The notes under the pieces were generated by a model. The model saw nothing but the letters and a program-made list of their open reading frames with translations, was not told where the DNA came from and ran no database searches. DNA of 64,000 nt from Cetorhinus maximus (lineage: Eukaryota): NCBI RefSeq assembly GCF_964194155.1, contig NC_135892.1:92318001-92382000 (forward strand), written 5' to 3'. Numbering within the stretch: position 1 is the first letter of the stretch; each line of letters opens with the position of its first letter. Positions 26,484 through 38,910 of the stretch are shown here, in pieces. A program made the translations under genes and the position numbers.

Positions 26484-27541
26484 TCACAAGTGATTGCATG
26501 GGTGAACACATTTTGCCACTTTATAATCTGAAAATATATTCACTTTCATTGAATAATGTTGTCTTTTAGGTTCATTCCCGAGTCTTTCCCCCTGTATCCC
26601 CCACACTAGCAGGAGTGAATCTGGGGGGAGAAGTATGAGAGTGGCAGGGCCTTTCGGAACCTTGTGTAAACACTCTCCCACGCATCCGGAGCCTTCATCC
26701 TGCACACTCATCTCACTGTCCCGAGCATTTTCAATGCTGCCTGCTGGGTTCTCTTTCAGTTGTCCATCTGAGCTGACCTTCATCTCCGCCCACCCACTGA
26801 TCACATTCCCATGCAGCACCTGTGTCCATCCAACACGAGGCTCTGCTCACTTTCGATTTGTGAGATATGGTAGTCATTAAGTTTCTGGTAAGCTCCCCCA
26901 TTCTTTCCCCTCCCCAGTCACCCATGTCCTTTCCCCCATCACAGTGGATCCCCCGGCATCACCTTCCACCTCTCCACCATTACACTATAGACCAAAACCT
27001 TCTCTTTCAGGGGTGTCCAGGTGAATGTTCATGTTTCCTACCTTCAGGTGAATCCCACCCCCATCCACATTGACCTCCCTGACCTCCTCCCTCCCACCCA
27101 GAGGGTCCGTGTTTGCCTCCATGTCTCCACTGACCATCCTCGCTGCTCCTTCTACCGGTACCAATGCACCCTCACTCTCCCACACTATCAGCTCCCTCAG
27201 CCCATCCCCCACACTCACCATTCTGCCCCCTTCCCAGCATGCCCACCCTGAGTTTGCTCCCCAGGAGGCTCACATTGATTCCACAGCCACTTCCCTTGCG
27301 CATTCACCTGGACATTCCACCCCCTCCTTACACCTTACCCCTCTGTACACCTTCCTCCTCACTTACACCTTTGCCCCCTTCAACTTCACTCCCCAATATC
27401 TTCACCCCCCCCCACCTAATTTAACCCCCCCAACACCTTCGCCCAACTTTACCCCCACCCCAGCCCCCGCCCCCGCAAACGCCCGGCACATCTCCCTCTC
27501 CCCCCACCCCCTTTGCTGCTCATCCATACCTGCTCATGTCA

Positions 27542-27745
27542 AAGTCCCTGAAGGATGGTACAAGCCCAGGTTGAAGTCCCTGAAGGATGGTACAAGCCCA
27601 GGGTGAAGTCCCTGAAGGATGGTACAAGCCCAGGGTGAAGTCCCTGAAGGATGGTACAAGCCCAGGGTGAAGTCCCTGAAGGATGGTACAAGCCCAGGGT
27701 GAAGTCCCTGAAGGATGGTACAAGCCCAGGGTGAAGTCCCTGAAG
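27542..27745 (+). repeat. Minisatellite, about 6.3 copies of a 32-bp unit GTCCCTGAAGGATGGTACAAGCCCAGGGTGAA
   Basis: Units start at 27544, 27576, 27608, 27640, 27672, 27704 and 27736; one mismatch in the first unit. Confidence 0.97.
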
Positions 27746-28669
27746 TTCTGAAGCAGGCTCGAAGCCTCAGCGAAGTCAAAGCTTCTGTGTGGAAACTTCC
27801 CGACTTCTGAGAGCTACTTCGTGGCGGAGTCATGCGCATGAGGATTCACCCAGCATGCGATGCAGCTGTTTCTCCAGGGTCCGGTATGTGTAGGCCTCCA
27901 GCATCCTTTTCTCCTTGGATGTGCGAGATCTGAACAAGGCCCTAAAGGGAATTTTGCACGTCATGCTGGTCCAGGTGTGTTCTGGACCGGCATGTTTTCC
28001 CAGCATCATAATGGTAAATCAGGTGTGAGGGGGATGATTCCAGTCGGGTCTTACTTTGCAACCTATCAGTGGGATCCAAATTGGTTTCACACTAGCCTCC
28101 AGTGGAATTCACGATCCACCATGGATGATCCTGCTGTGATTTCACGCCAAAGTGAAACCGATTTCTGTCCCTCCCTTGAATTTTCCCCCTCTGCTCCGCC
28201 ATGATGCCCTCCACAAATGGGAGTGGAAAATCCCGGCCACAGTTTCTGCTTTATTCTCAGAGACCTGCTTCAATACCAGGATCTGTTTAAGGATCTTGCC
28301 TATTTCCTCTTTACACAAGTTCTCAGTGTGTTTTGAGCCGCCAAACAGAAAACTGCTCCATTCAGAGAGAACATGATCTGTTTCCTCTCACCCGAGTTCT
28401 GTGTATTCTGAACTGCCAGACAGAAAACAATGGTGGTTGAACCCAACTACAATTATCTTTATATTTGCCATTTGTGTCTTAGCAGTTAATCCCCATGGCA
28501 ATCCCAGGTCACATGGACATTTCTTAGAACCTAATGATGTAATAATCAGGAAAGTAATTAGCCCTCTTTCAGACTACTCACTAGTCCATTTTGGTCTTAA
28601 AGGGACATTGCACAAAAAGAAAATTTTCTAAAGCACATGGGTCCTCACAGCAGTCACTGATTTATGTCA

Positions 28670-28990
28670 TAACCAATTTGTGCACATTAATGTCCCACAA
28701 ACAGCAAATGAAATAAAATTGATCTTTTTCAGCTGGTATTAAGTGTGGGATGAATGATGGCCAGGATATTAGGAGAGTACTTTGCTAATTTGCGAACCAT
28801 ATTTTGGGCTCATTTATGTCAACCTAATCAGTGGAGGTCCTGCTTTAATATCTCATTGAAAATACAGCATCTCCCACAGCACAGCACAGAAGAGTCATCC
28901 TAATTTACATGCTTAAGTCCCAGCCTGGTGCTTAAGCTTGTAACCTTCTGACTCAAAGGTGAGTCTGTTAGCTATTGAACCAAATTAACA
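28670..28990 (-). mobile_element. Degraded SacSINE1-like SINE
   Basis: cccacaaacagcaaatg...ggccaggata...aaccttctgactcaaagg blocks shared with the 16860 copy. Confidence 0.55.
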
Positions 28991-29723
28991 TAAATATAGG
29001 ATAGATAACTGATGACTAGTACTTTTATCTTCTTTCCAACTGATCTGTTCCAGCTCCCAATGTCACTGTGCTGCTATATTTCTTATCGTAGACAGTCATT
29101 GATGACCGTCACGTGGCCATTCTATAGCCCACTATGTGTCAGTAAAAGGAAGTAATTAGCCATAGTAATTGGTTATACCAACTAGTAGAGCTGGTGCAAG
29201 GATTAAACCCATGTCATTGACATCATTTTGCATCACACATGAGCCATCTAACCAACTGAGATAAGCAAGTGACCCAGCATCATACAAATTGGTTGTGTTA
29301 TAGTGATTTTAGGTGTGAAGCTCTCTTAAAATGTAGGCATGCCAAGAGGATCAGTTCAAAGCTGTCACCTTAATGCATGCCGTGCCTGAGTAGAGGCGTG
29401 CATGATAAGGAAAGAAAAAATTGTAACATGGGGTGGAATTTTCCACTCGGAGACTAAGCATTGCGGCGGGCGGAAGAGTCGGCACTGCTCCCGCTGGCCA
29501 GCGTGTGGGGGGGGGGGGAGGTGAGTTGCTGTGCGAGATAGTCTGCTTTTCATCTCATCGCATATGCAGAAAGAAGCAGCAAGTCATATCTCATGGCAGG
29601 CCAGGCTGAGATTCATCCACCCTGCTGTTACCTCATTGGGCCGCATTGTTTCGGGCACCCGATTTAGATGGCACCCGCACACATTTTCACTCTCTGCAGC
29701 CCGAGAATTTGTTGTGGCGAGTG

Positions 29724-31441
29724 ATGGCACCCAGAGGAGACAAGCCTTGTGCCCCAAAGTTCAGTAACAAGTGCCTGGAGAGACTTCTCCAGGCAGTGGA
29801 GGACTGGTGAGAGGCCGGATGTTCAGCAGCCTCCCCTCCAAGGTTTGGGAGGAAGTCACCAGTGTGGTCAGTGCCTGCAGGATTCAGAAGGGGAACTACT
29901 CTCCAGTGCAGGAAGAGGATGAATGATTTCATCCACTCTGCCAGGGTAAGTCAACTTTCTCCTCAACCTCAACTCACACTCTCAGAAGGCCATCAGGCAT
30001 GTGCAGGGTTACAGTCCATAGGGATCTCAAATACTATCAGCATACGGGACATCATCACTGATTCTCTCGTATACACTTCGACATCTTCATCTCTTGTCAC
30101 ATCCTGCACAAGTTATGTCTTCAGCCATTACATAGGTCCACTCAGCACACATTGAAAGCATACATGCTTATCATCTGCTTTGGCATCGTCCTGCTCACAG
30201 TCTGTCCATCTGTCTTTATGCAGGACAAGATCGCCCATTACGCCAGGGAGAGATCCCAGAAAGGAAGGGTGATGCCAGAGCTCAGGCCACTCATCCCCTT
30301 TGAAAAGCAGGCAGCAGTGCTGGCTGGCATTGACAGGGGCCGTTCCTGCGCCGAAGGAGAGATCGGCGTCTCCCAATGATCTAGTGAGGCCTCACCCACT
30401 AGTCTTCGCCGACCTGCCAAAACTGTGAGTGCTCCTCAATGTAGGTGACTATCCAGCCAATCACTAATTATCTCTTCTCTCTATTGCAGGCACCAGCTAA
30501 AAAAAAGGAGGCACACCATCAGCCAGCACACCAGCCTCCAGACCACCTTGGATGAGGATCCTGAGGACCCACAAGATGTCGAGCTGTCACTGCGTTCACC
30601 TGCACCCTCCACCAGCGCAGACACGCACCTCGGTGGGACCCAGCTTTAGAGCAGGCGCAGGGTCACTATCTGGTAAGCACAGCACAGATTGAGGTCCACA
30701 GCAGGTGGAAGCAGCGACAGTCAAGGTCACTGACACTTGGAGGACTGCTGGAGGTCAGGTTCCTGCTGAGTCTGAGTCCGATGACGAGCCTCTGGAAGCA
30801 GCCCTCAGAGAGATGCTGGAGCTCCAAATACAGGCAGGGGTTTAGCGGGCAGGGTTGTCAGGGGCCATCAGCAGATTAGAATGGAGGATGGAGGAGTCTG
30901 TCCACGTCCTGTCTGATGACGTGGCTCTGACATGCCAGTGCATCGAGGTCACCATTGGAAAAGTGGCAATTGTTAAGGAGTCCCTTGTATAGCAGAACAC
31001 TCAGTTTCTGTTAGATAAACACTCAGACCTGGACACCATCGCTAAAGCCATGAGTATGATCCATCAGTGGCTATGTGAGAGGGGAATGGACACTTCAATC
31101 TCCCCCCAGGAATCCTTTCTCCTCAAGAAGTCAGGGAGGGCCCTCGAGCACCCATGGGGAGGACACCCCGGGGCAATCCACCCAGGACTCTCCAGGGCTG
31201 TCCAGCCAGTCCAAGTCCCTTCTGTTTGTGACCCCATCAGGTCGAGGAGGGTGTACCTGCCCCACAACAGGAGACCCAAAGTAGGCTGGGGCCCTCCAGG
31301 CCTCGGCCCTCCAGAGGATGCCCGCCAAGGTCATCACAGACTACAGGGCAAAGCAGTCAGCAGGATGCTTCCACCTCTGCCGTGGCTGTCAGGGATATAC
31401 CTAGACGTAGCAGTAGGGTAAGAAAAATTAAGAAATACTGA
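29724..31441 (+). pseudogene. Harbinger Myb/SANT-like protein pseudogene
   Basis: MAPRGDKPCAPKFSNKCLERLLQAVED; CRKRMNDFIHSAR|gtaagt; DKIAHYARERSQKG; ends RKIKKY*; homologous to 24781-26483; stops present. Confidence 0.8.
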
Positions 31442-32999
31442 AAGGACAATGGTGACATGGGTGTTCACTCACTGTATATATTTTTCACATCTGTAGATAT
31501 ATTTTGCTTTTCTGAAAGTCTCATCTAGTGAATGGCTCTTCTACCTGATGTAATGCTCTGAGGTCAGCCATCGTGTCCCTCAGGTCTATATTGTTTCTCA
31601 CAATCTCAGTACGGTGAGTCACCCTATGTCCACAGCAATGACATGAACAAAGCCAGCTGCCCTATCAACATGGTGGTTGGGCAATGCATATCTTAGACTT
31701 GTGTCTGAGGATCAAATCATGTGGTCTCATGACTCTAGATTTTGCAGTTTTCTTTGTTCTCCTGATACTGTTGCACTGAAGTCTGGTCTATGTGGATGTT
31801 ATAGGTTTTAATGGTGATCCACATTGGAGTTAATTTTTCAATGGCCTCAATGTAATGTCTTTCAGTCTTGGGTGTGGGTTACATTTCAAGTAATAGTTGG
31901 GGACCTTAGCTGTTCATGGCAGCCTGTAGCATGGCCACGTTTACAGCTAGAGATCACCCCTATAGTAGTTCCCACTTTCCACCTGCATGATGCAGAGCTA
32001 TGTACCTAGCACTTGGTGACTCCTGAAATGTCTGCTAGACAACCACGACTATGAGATTAGAGGCGCGTGTCTCGCCTCATGATGCCGACCTATTAAATGG
32101 GAGGATGCTGGTTTGTACCTGAAGGTCTGGCTAGCGTGGCTTGGCAGGATCCCTGAGCTAGCTCTCTGAAGGGCAATCAACATGGTTATCTGATCATGAC
32201 AATGCCACCAGTGTCGCAGGCTTCCTCGTGTATATCTTAAACTGCTGGAATGAAAATGTGGAGGCCTCAAATGGGATCACAGCAAAGCTCCACTACATCT
32301 GATATGTGCACTTTATTATCGACAAAGTTATTAAGTAATGCTTAACTGCTGTGTCGAGATTAACTGGGCCACCTCACACCCAGATGCCAAGGCAATGCTG
32401 GACATGTACTTGGGAAGCTCCAGATGAAGGCTGGGTCGTGAGTGCTTATCAATGATCAGGCGATGGTGCTGCTGAAGCTCTCCCTGTGCACACAAAGGTG
32501 ATCTGACTCGCAGGCTCGCATCCATGACTGAGAGTGACAGATCACAGAGTCCTAAAGAACAATCTCATGCTGGGGACTCAGTATGAGGATGCGGCCAGAA
32601 CATTATTCTTGCATGAGGGATAGCCTGTGGAGAGATGCTGCAGCCTGGATTCAGATCAGTCCTCAGACGGTCAAGCGAGAATCAGTGATTGATGATTGTC
32701 CTCCTTGAGGCGCCTTACAACACTCCAGTCATACTACCACGAGTGCACTGAGGTTTGCAGTGCTGCTCCTGCCCCTTAAAGGCTGCCATCATCAGCGAAA
32801 TGATGGCACGAGGCTTGAGAAGACTGCATCATGTCTACTTGCTTCACAGTGAGCACTGGTGTAGTTCTTCAGAATGGCCAAATGCTCCACAGGCTGCCTA
32901 GCCTTCCAAGAAAAGACCATTGTCACGCAAGATAGTGACTACTCATTCTGAGATTGATGTCGGTGTTAGTGTCAAGCCTGCATGGAGGGCAGAGGTGAA

Positions 33000-34216
33000 A
33001 GAGGCTCGGATGAGCTAGTCTCTTTCATCTGGAACCTTGTGGCTAGAAGGATCTCATGGGCATGTCTTCCATGTCATGACTTACGACCTCTTCCTGTGGA
33101 GCTTCCATATCCTCGTCCTCATTGAGTTCATCCGTTTTGACATCCTTCTCATTGGAGGAGATGTGCAGCTCCTCCATCCCTCCATCTGGCAACTCATCCC
33201 CTCTTTGGAGCGCCATATTGCATAGAGCACAGCAAATACAATGATGCAGGACACCCTCTGGGTGCCTGACCAATCCAGATTAAATTTATCTTCAACATGC
33301 CAATGGTCTGCTGAATCAAGGAGCATGCTGCAGAATGATCCGCACCGTACCTCTCCTCTGAAGCACTCCGTGGCCACCGAATGGGTGTCATTAGCTATGT
33401 CTTTTGAGGGAAGCTTTTATCACCAATGAGCCAACCCTGAATGTGCTGAGGGCCCTCAAAGATCTGTGGCATCTGCGAGTGACTCAAGATATAAGAGTCA
33501 TGCGAGCTCCCAGGGTATCTAGCATGGACCAGCATAATCTGCCTTTGATAATCACAGATCAGCTGCACGTTGAGAGAGTGGAAGCCTTTTCTACTGATGA
33601 ATCGTTGTGGCTGCTGCCAGGGAGTTCTTCATGCCACATGTGTGCAGTCAATGGCACCCTGCGCCTGTGGGAAGCTGAATATCACTGCAAATCCCACTGC
33701 TCTGGTAGCCTGGTTTGATTCATCCAGGGAGAACTGGATGTAATTGTAAATAGGGCATCAGTGACCTCTCGTATGCATTTATGAGCAGAGGATTGTGATA
33801 TTCCACGGAGGTCCCCACAGGAACCCTGGAACGAGCCACTTGCAAAAAAGTGGACTGCGGTGGTCACCTTTAGAACCATTGGCAATGGATGGCCACCCAG
33901 TCCGTGCGGTGTCAGATCCTCCTGAAGAATGTGGCATATGTGAGGCACCACATCCCTTGACAGGCGCAGGCATCTACTGCATTGTCTCTCACTCATCTGC
34001 AAGTATGAGAGGTGTCTTTGGTACACCCTGGGTCATGCCAAACACCTCCGTGGAATTGATGTCTCCTCCTCAGCTTCTGGGTCTTCATGGGGCCCCGCTG
34101 GCTCATGGTCCTCAGGGCGAGGCTCTTCCCTTTGCCCTGCCTGGCAGCGATGGGCCCTTCTTCCCCTCCTCAGTTGCATGAGATCCATGAAAAAGGCAGC
34201 ATTGCCTGCTGCCTCC
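33000..34216 (-). pseudogene. HARBI1-like DDE transposase pseudogene
   Basis: YLQMSERQC..RLSR, LKVTTAVHFFASGSFQ..GDL.GISQSSAHKCIREVTDAL, QGAIDCTHVA, GFHSLNVQLICD, YPGSSHDSYIL and acidic C-terminus; frameshifted. Confidence 0.88.
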
Positions 34217-34321
34217 ATTCTGCACTCCTCCTGTTGTCTGTGGAAAAATTGATCAGAGAGATGATCAAACATGACCCTGCAATGATCACCTTCCAAACTA
34301 GAGGGTCATTGTGAAGCCCTT

Positions 34322-35000
34322 GGCCAGGATTTTCCGGTGGCCGGGCGGGCTCGGTGGGCAGGCGCGGTCAGGAAACCGACCGCCAGGCACAATCGGGAAC
34401 CGACCGCAATTTCACACTGGCAGGCCAATTAAGGTCCACCCAGCATGAAATGCACACTGCAGCGCTTAGCGCTGCCTGTGTGTGTGTGTGTGTGTGTGTC
34501 TGTGTGTGTGGGGGGGTGTGGGTGGGGGGGAAGGAGGGCGAATGCGGGAGTTTGCGCATGCCTTTGAGTGCGTGCAGGAAAAGCTCCCTGAGGCACAAAG
34601 TTGCCTCAGGGAGATGAAGAGTTTTGAAAATAAAATAGAAACATTTTAAAAATGTTAATAACATGACCCCTCTCATTAGTTTGAAAAAATTTTAATGACT
34701 GATTGAAACCTCATCCATGAGGTTTCACAAAAAATCCAAAGGCCATTTGGCCTTTTTTCCTGCCTGCCAACCATAAGGTTGGATGGGCAGTGAAAAATTT
34801 GACTTAATTAGATCTTTAAAGGGCCTTAATAGTCCTGTTAATTGTTAGTGGGTGTGCTGCCAACTCCTGTGCGCGCCCACCAACCAAAATATCTCGCGAC
34901 TGCATGATGATGTCGGGACGCTCGCCTGACGTCATCGCGCATCTTTTTGCGCTCGATTGGGTGGGGCGCGTGCCCACCCGACGAGCGCAATATTCTGAAC
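34322..35000. mobile_element. Harbinger-family MITE nested in element 2, with an internal (GT)n tract at about 34477-34510
   Basis: GGCCAGGATTTTCC start; internal blocks shared with the 4547 copy; flanks CTT/CTC. Confidence 0.8.
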
Positions 35001-37954
35001 CTCGAGCTGTCCTCATTCCAGGCATTCCATCCCAGATCCTCCCTTGCAGCTGTAGAACAGCTTTAAGGTTCACTGGAAGCTGAGTTTCCCCCACACCCCA
35101 GGCATGATAGTGCATTCACAAAGGGGGTTGGATCTGGACAAGTGCAGCAAGGCGCCATCAGCCTCAGTCAGGCACTGTCAGGTCTCCGCTTTTGGAGTAG
35201 ACTAGAGCCCAGTCTTGCATTAATGTAATGACTGTAATCGTTGAGCCGTGTAAAGCCTGGATCTCTCAGTTGCAATGTGTAGCGTCTTTGGACTATGTTA
35301 ATTTGTACTTTAGCCTTGGCCCCTTTACAGTTTGACCCTTCTGACTTTGCACATTCCTATGAGAGGGACAATTGGTCATTCATATCCATTCAACATTTGG
35401 TCACAAGCTGTAATGGACTCTCACAAGAATGCAGACCATGAGCCCTCCCCCTTACTGGACTGGGACCAAGACACGTGTGCCAGGCAGAGCCTTGCAGCAT
35501 GGCGTGCCCTGCCAGGACTGTCTTTGCTTTCTGGCTCCAACTACGTGGTATGCACTGCCACAGGACTGCCTCAGACTTTTCCCCTCTTTTCCTTTATCTC
35601 CCCCGAATCATGTGTCTCCATCTGCCCCTTCCCTCCTAGGCTCTAGTCACCCCACCAAAACCCCCAAAGTCAAGTGTGTACTTTCCAGCCCCTTCCCTTG
35701 CCTTTGTGTAGCCTCACCACCACACACACCCCGCCCCCTCCCCCCCACCGCAGTCAAGTGGTGCCTTGGCATGGAGTCAGAGCAGCTGCGAGAGCAGTGC
35801 AGTGAAAGACAGGCAAACGCAAACCTCAAAGTCACAAATGAAGTGCAGTTTGCCAGGTGCTGGTTGTGATTCACATCAGTCTAATTGGCTGCCGGCGTGG
35901 CCATTGGATTTGGTGTGGGAGCGTGATTCCGGCGAGCTGGGTTTTCACTGAGCATTCCTGAGATGCAGAGGCATGCAAAGCTGGCCCCCGACACGGTGTG
36001 GTAGACAACCCGGCCCATGGTGAAAGCTGCGAGGGGAAAATTACAATCTGTTTTTACGCCGGTGGAAAACTGACTTTTGGCTGCACGCCGAATTTCCTGG
36101 TCCTGCCCACCATGATGCCTGCCCGCTAGCGGGACTGGAAAATCCCACCTATAGTGTAAGGGCTTGGTGTTGGTCAGCAATGAAATTACAACAGTTCGAC
36201 AAAGGCCACATTTTGCAGACCGTCTGTTGCAAGGCTCTGTTGTCAGCTACCTTAAAGATCTAACATCTTTTTGATCACAGTATCTGTAAGTCCCATGTAC
36301 AGCATTGTCCTTGGTCACCACCTGCTGCCAGGCATAGTCTTAGGGACAGGTATACTAGTAGTCTAAGCAGGATAGTCCTCCTCACATTCACACAGCGGCA
36401 CTTTATTTCAGATTTCCAGTATCCGCAATATTTTGCTTTTGTAGTAGCGTTTCTACTTCGCTGTTAACGGACTGGGCTTTTGGGCACTGCAATGGTTCAA
36501 CACTTGTCCACACATTCCACTTCTCTGCCTCCAGATTTATTTTGTCAGTCTCTTTTTTCTTGTAAAGGCTGCAACAATTTTTACCCCTATAAGGCATTAT
36601 GACTTCTGGTTGACTGCATAACAGAACTAGGAAGCAATGCTGCATTATGTTAACAACGATAGAACATCAGTGTAATTAGAACAACAAAGGGTATCTGAAA
36701 TGATGCCACTCTGTACACTCTTTTAGCAAACTCATTAACCTACTCATTGTCACAAAATCACATGGCAATTACAGACGACGAAGGCCATTCAGCTTAATTC
36801 ATCCATCCAGAGAGTTCCTAGCATATTGTTACACCTAATTTCTCCTTAAATGATCATTTTTCTTCAATGATTAAACAACTATATTTATAAAAGATGGGTT
36901 GAGAGCATGGCCTTTCCCTGTAATTTGTAGATTATGTAAACACTGTTGCTGCTGTCCGTAGTTTTTCTTTAATAATTGTTCTGCCCCAGAGGGCTGTGGA
37001 GGCTCAGTATTTAGTATATTCAACACCGAGATTGATCGATTTCTAGATATCAAAAATATCAAGCGATTTGAGGACAGTGCAAGAAAATAGCATTGAAGTA
37101 GAAGATCAGCCATGATCTAGTTGAATAGCGGAGCAGGCTTGAGGGGCTGAATGGCCTACTCCTGCAGCTATCTCCCATGTATGGGCCATTGTTTACATAG
37201 CTGATAATATTAAAAGATCACTGATCTTAGAAATTAATACCATTTACCTAGTGAATTTTTGGGTTGAACATAGTGAGTGATGTCAGTGGTGAGGAATGCA
37301 ATATTTCCGGCAATCAGGGTCAAGCATTGTTAGGTTAATAGTCTGATTAGATGCAGACTAAGGCCCCCTTTAATCTGTCTGGAACAATGTGCCTCTGTGT
37401 AAACCTCATCATCCCCTTCTTCCCCACAGCACAAGGATGATGTTCTTTCAATTGGTCTCAGTTAGATTCAAACTCAGGTTCCTGAGGTGAAAGAATGGCA
37501 CAATAACTCATGTAATCCCATTATGAAGATAGAAAAAAATCATGTCCAACCATTAAACATTGCTATGAGCAAGTCTACAAATGTTGTTGAGTACATGACA
37601 GAAAACAAAAAATCATCAACGCTGGCTGATGCCTTTCTGTAATGCCGTACAGAGTGAACAGAAGTCATCACATGCAATGTTAGAACAACTGCGGCATTCA
37701 CCTCCTCATGATCAGTTTTCGAGAACACTTACTGTTTGACTGGTCATTTTCTCAGAAGGAGAATGGCAGACAGAATCAGGAGAGGCAGTCTAACCCACTG
37801 CCTTCTCAGGAAGCTTATTACTTTCAAAGGCATCTTTTGATAGGAAAACGTGTCTGGCAAGTTCTTTCTGTTTATGTGGCGAGGGACAAGAGTCAGAAAA
37901 GCCAATGCTATCATACACACAAATGAGATGATGCACTGCATTAATACATAAAGG

Positions 37955-38660
37955 CTGGATTTAAAATAGCCCATTGCAGCCAGACTCACTTAATTATGGG
38001 AAAAGCCCAGCGTTAGTCTCCCAATGGTGGAAAACTTCTCTCGATTAAGTGGGATAGAAGAAGGGGCTGTCACAGCATTCCCAGTCACCGGCGGAGGTGA
38101 TCAATTAGGCTCATTAAAGAGCCAAATGACACCCATTACCCCTGAGCCCACTGCAACTTAGTTGTGGCTCAGAGGTTAAATGGGAGCTACATGGCTTTCT
38201 TGTACCCTCGGAAGGCTGCCCAGCAAACCCTGTTGGCCTTCCGTGATTGTCCCTCAGTATCAGGCACTCTGTGGCTAATCGAGAGACCGGGCATCGTGAA
38301 GGTGTTGAGGGGGAGCTACTCCCATGCCCTTGCCTCCAACCCCCTCCTTCCCCATGACCCCCACCCCGCCCTCACTCACCCATGGCGTAGAGTCTTACAA
38401 TTACCCTGTGCCTCTGCCGGGCGCAGTGCCACCAGAGCCAGAGCTGCCAGCCTCTGATTGGCTGGCAGCTCTTGGCCGACAGAACTTCCGCCACTGGGGA
38501 CCTCAATCACAGGAAGGCCTGACTGTGGCCACTTAAATGCCTGAAAGGCACTTGATTTCGCTGGGCCTCCCTCATAGAACTGACGGGGGATTCCCACTGG
38601 TTTTCCGACTGGTGGACGAGAGCCCCATCGGCCTGACAAAAAAGTGTTTCAGAGGCAAAA
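37955..38660. mobile_element. GC-rich MITE-like element of the second family, degraded
   Basis: GAGCTGCCAGCCTCTGATTGGCTGGCAGCTC palindrome; ggcactctgtg..atcgag block shared with 44677-45281. Confidence 0.55.
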
Positions 38661-38787
38661 ATAGTGGAACAGAATTTTCACAAAGATGGCGGTGCCTCTT
38701 ATCAAAAGAAAAACGGCACTACAAAATAGAATGTAGCCACATAACACTTTAAAATTAACATCTGATTAAAGACACCAACGGAAATCA

Positions 38788-38910
<123 letters not shown>

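Larger units (their letters stand above)
24544..28238 (+). mobile_element. PIF/Harbinger element 1 (non-autonomous; Myb-like gene retained, no transposase motifs seen), TSD ACA
   Basis: TIRs AGGTGGAATTTTCC / GGAAAATCCCGGCC flanked by ACA/ACA; contains a spliced Myb/SANT-like pseudogene. Confidence 0.82.
29431..36150. mobile_element. PIF/Harbinger element 2, near full length, with convergent Myb-like (+) and transposase (-) genes and a nested MITE
   Basis: TIRs GGGTGGAATTTTCC / GGAAAATCCCACCT; flanking triplets ATG/ATA; two-gene convergent layout typical of Harbinger. Confidence 0.85.

Noticed and set aside
27542-27745. 32-bp repeats of CRISPR-like length
   Set aside because: Units are head to tail with no unique spacers, no cas genes are present and the context is a vertebrate intron; this is a minisatellite.
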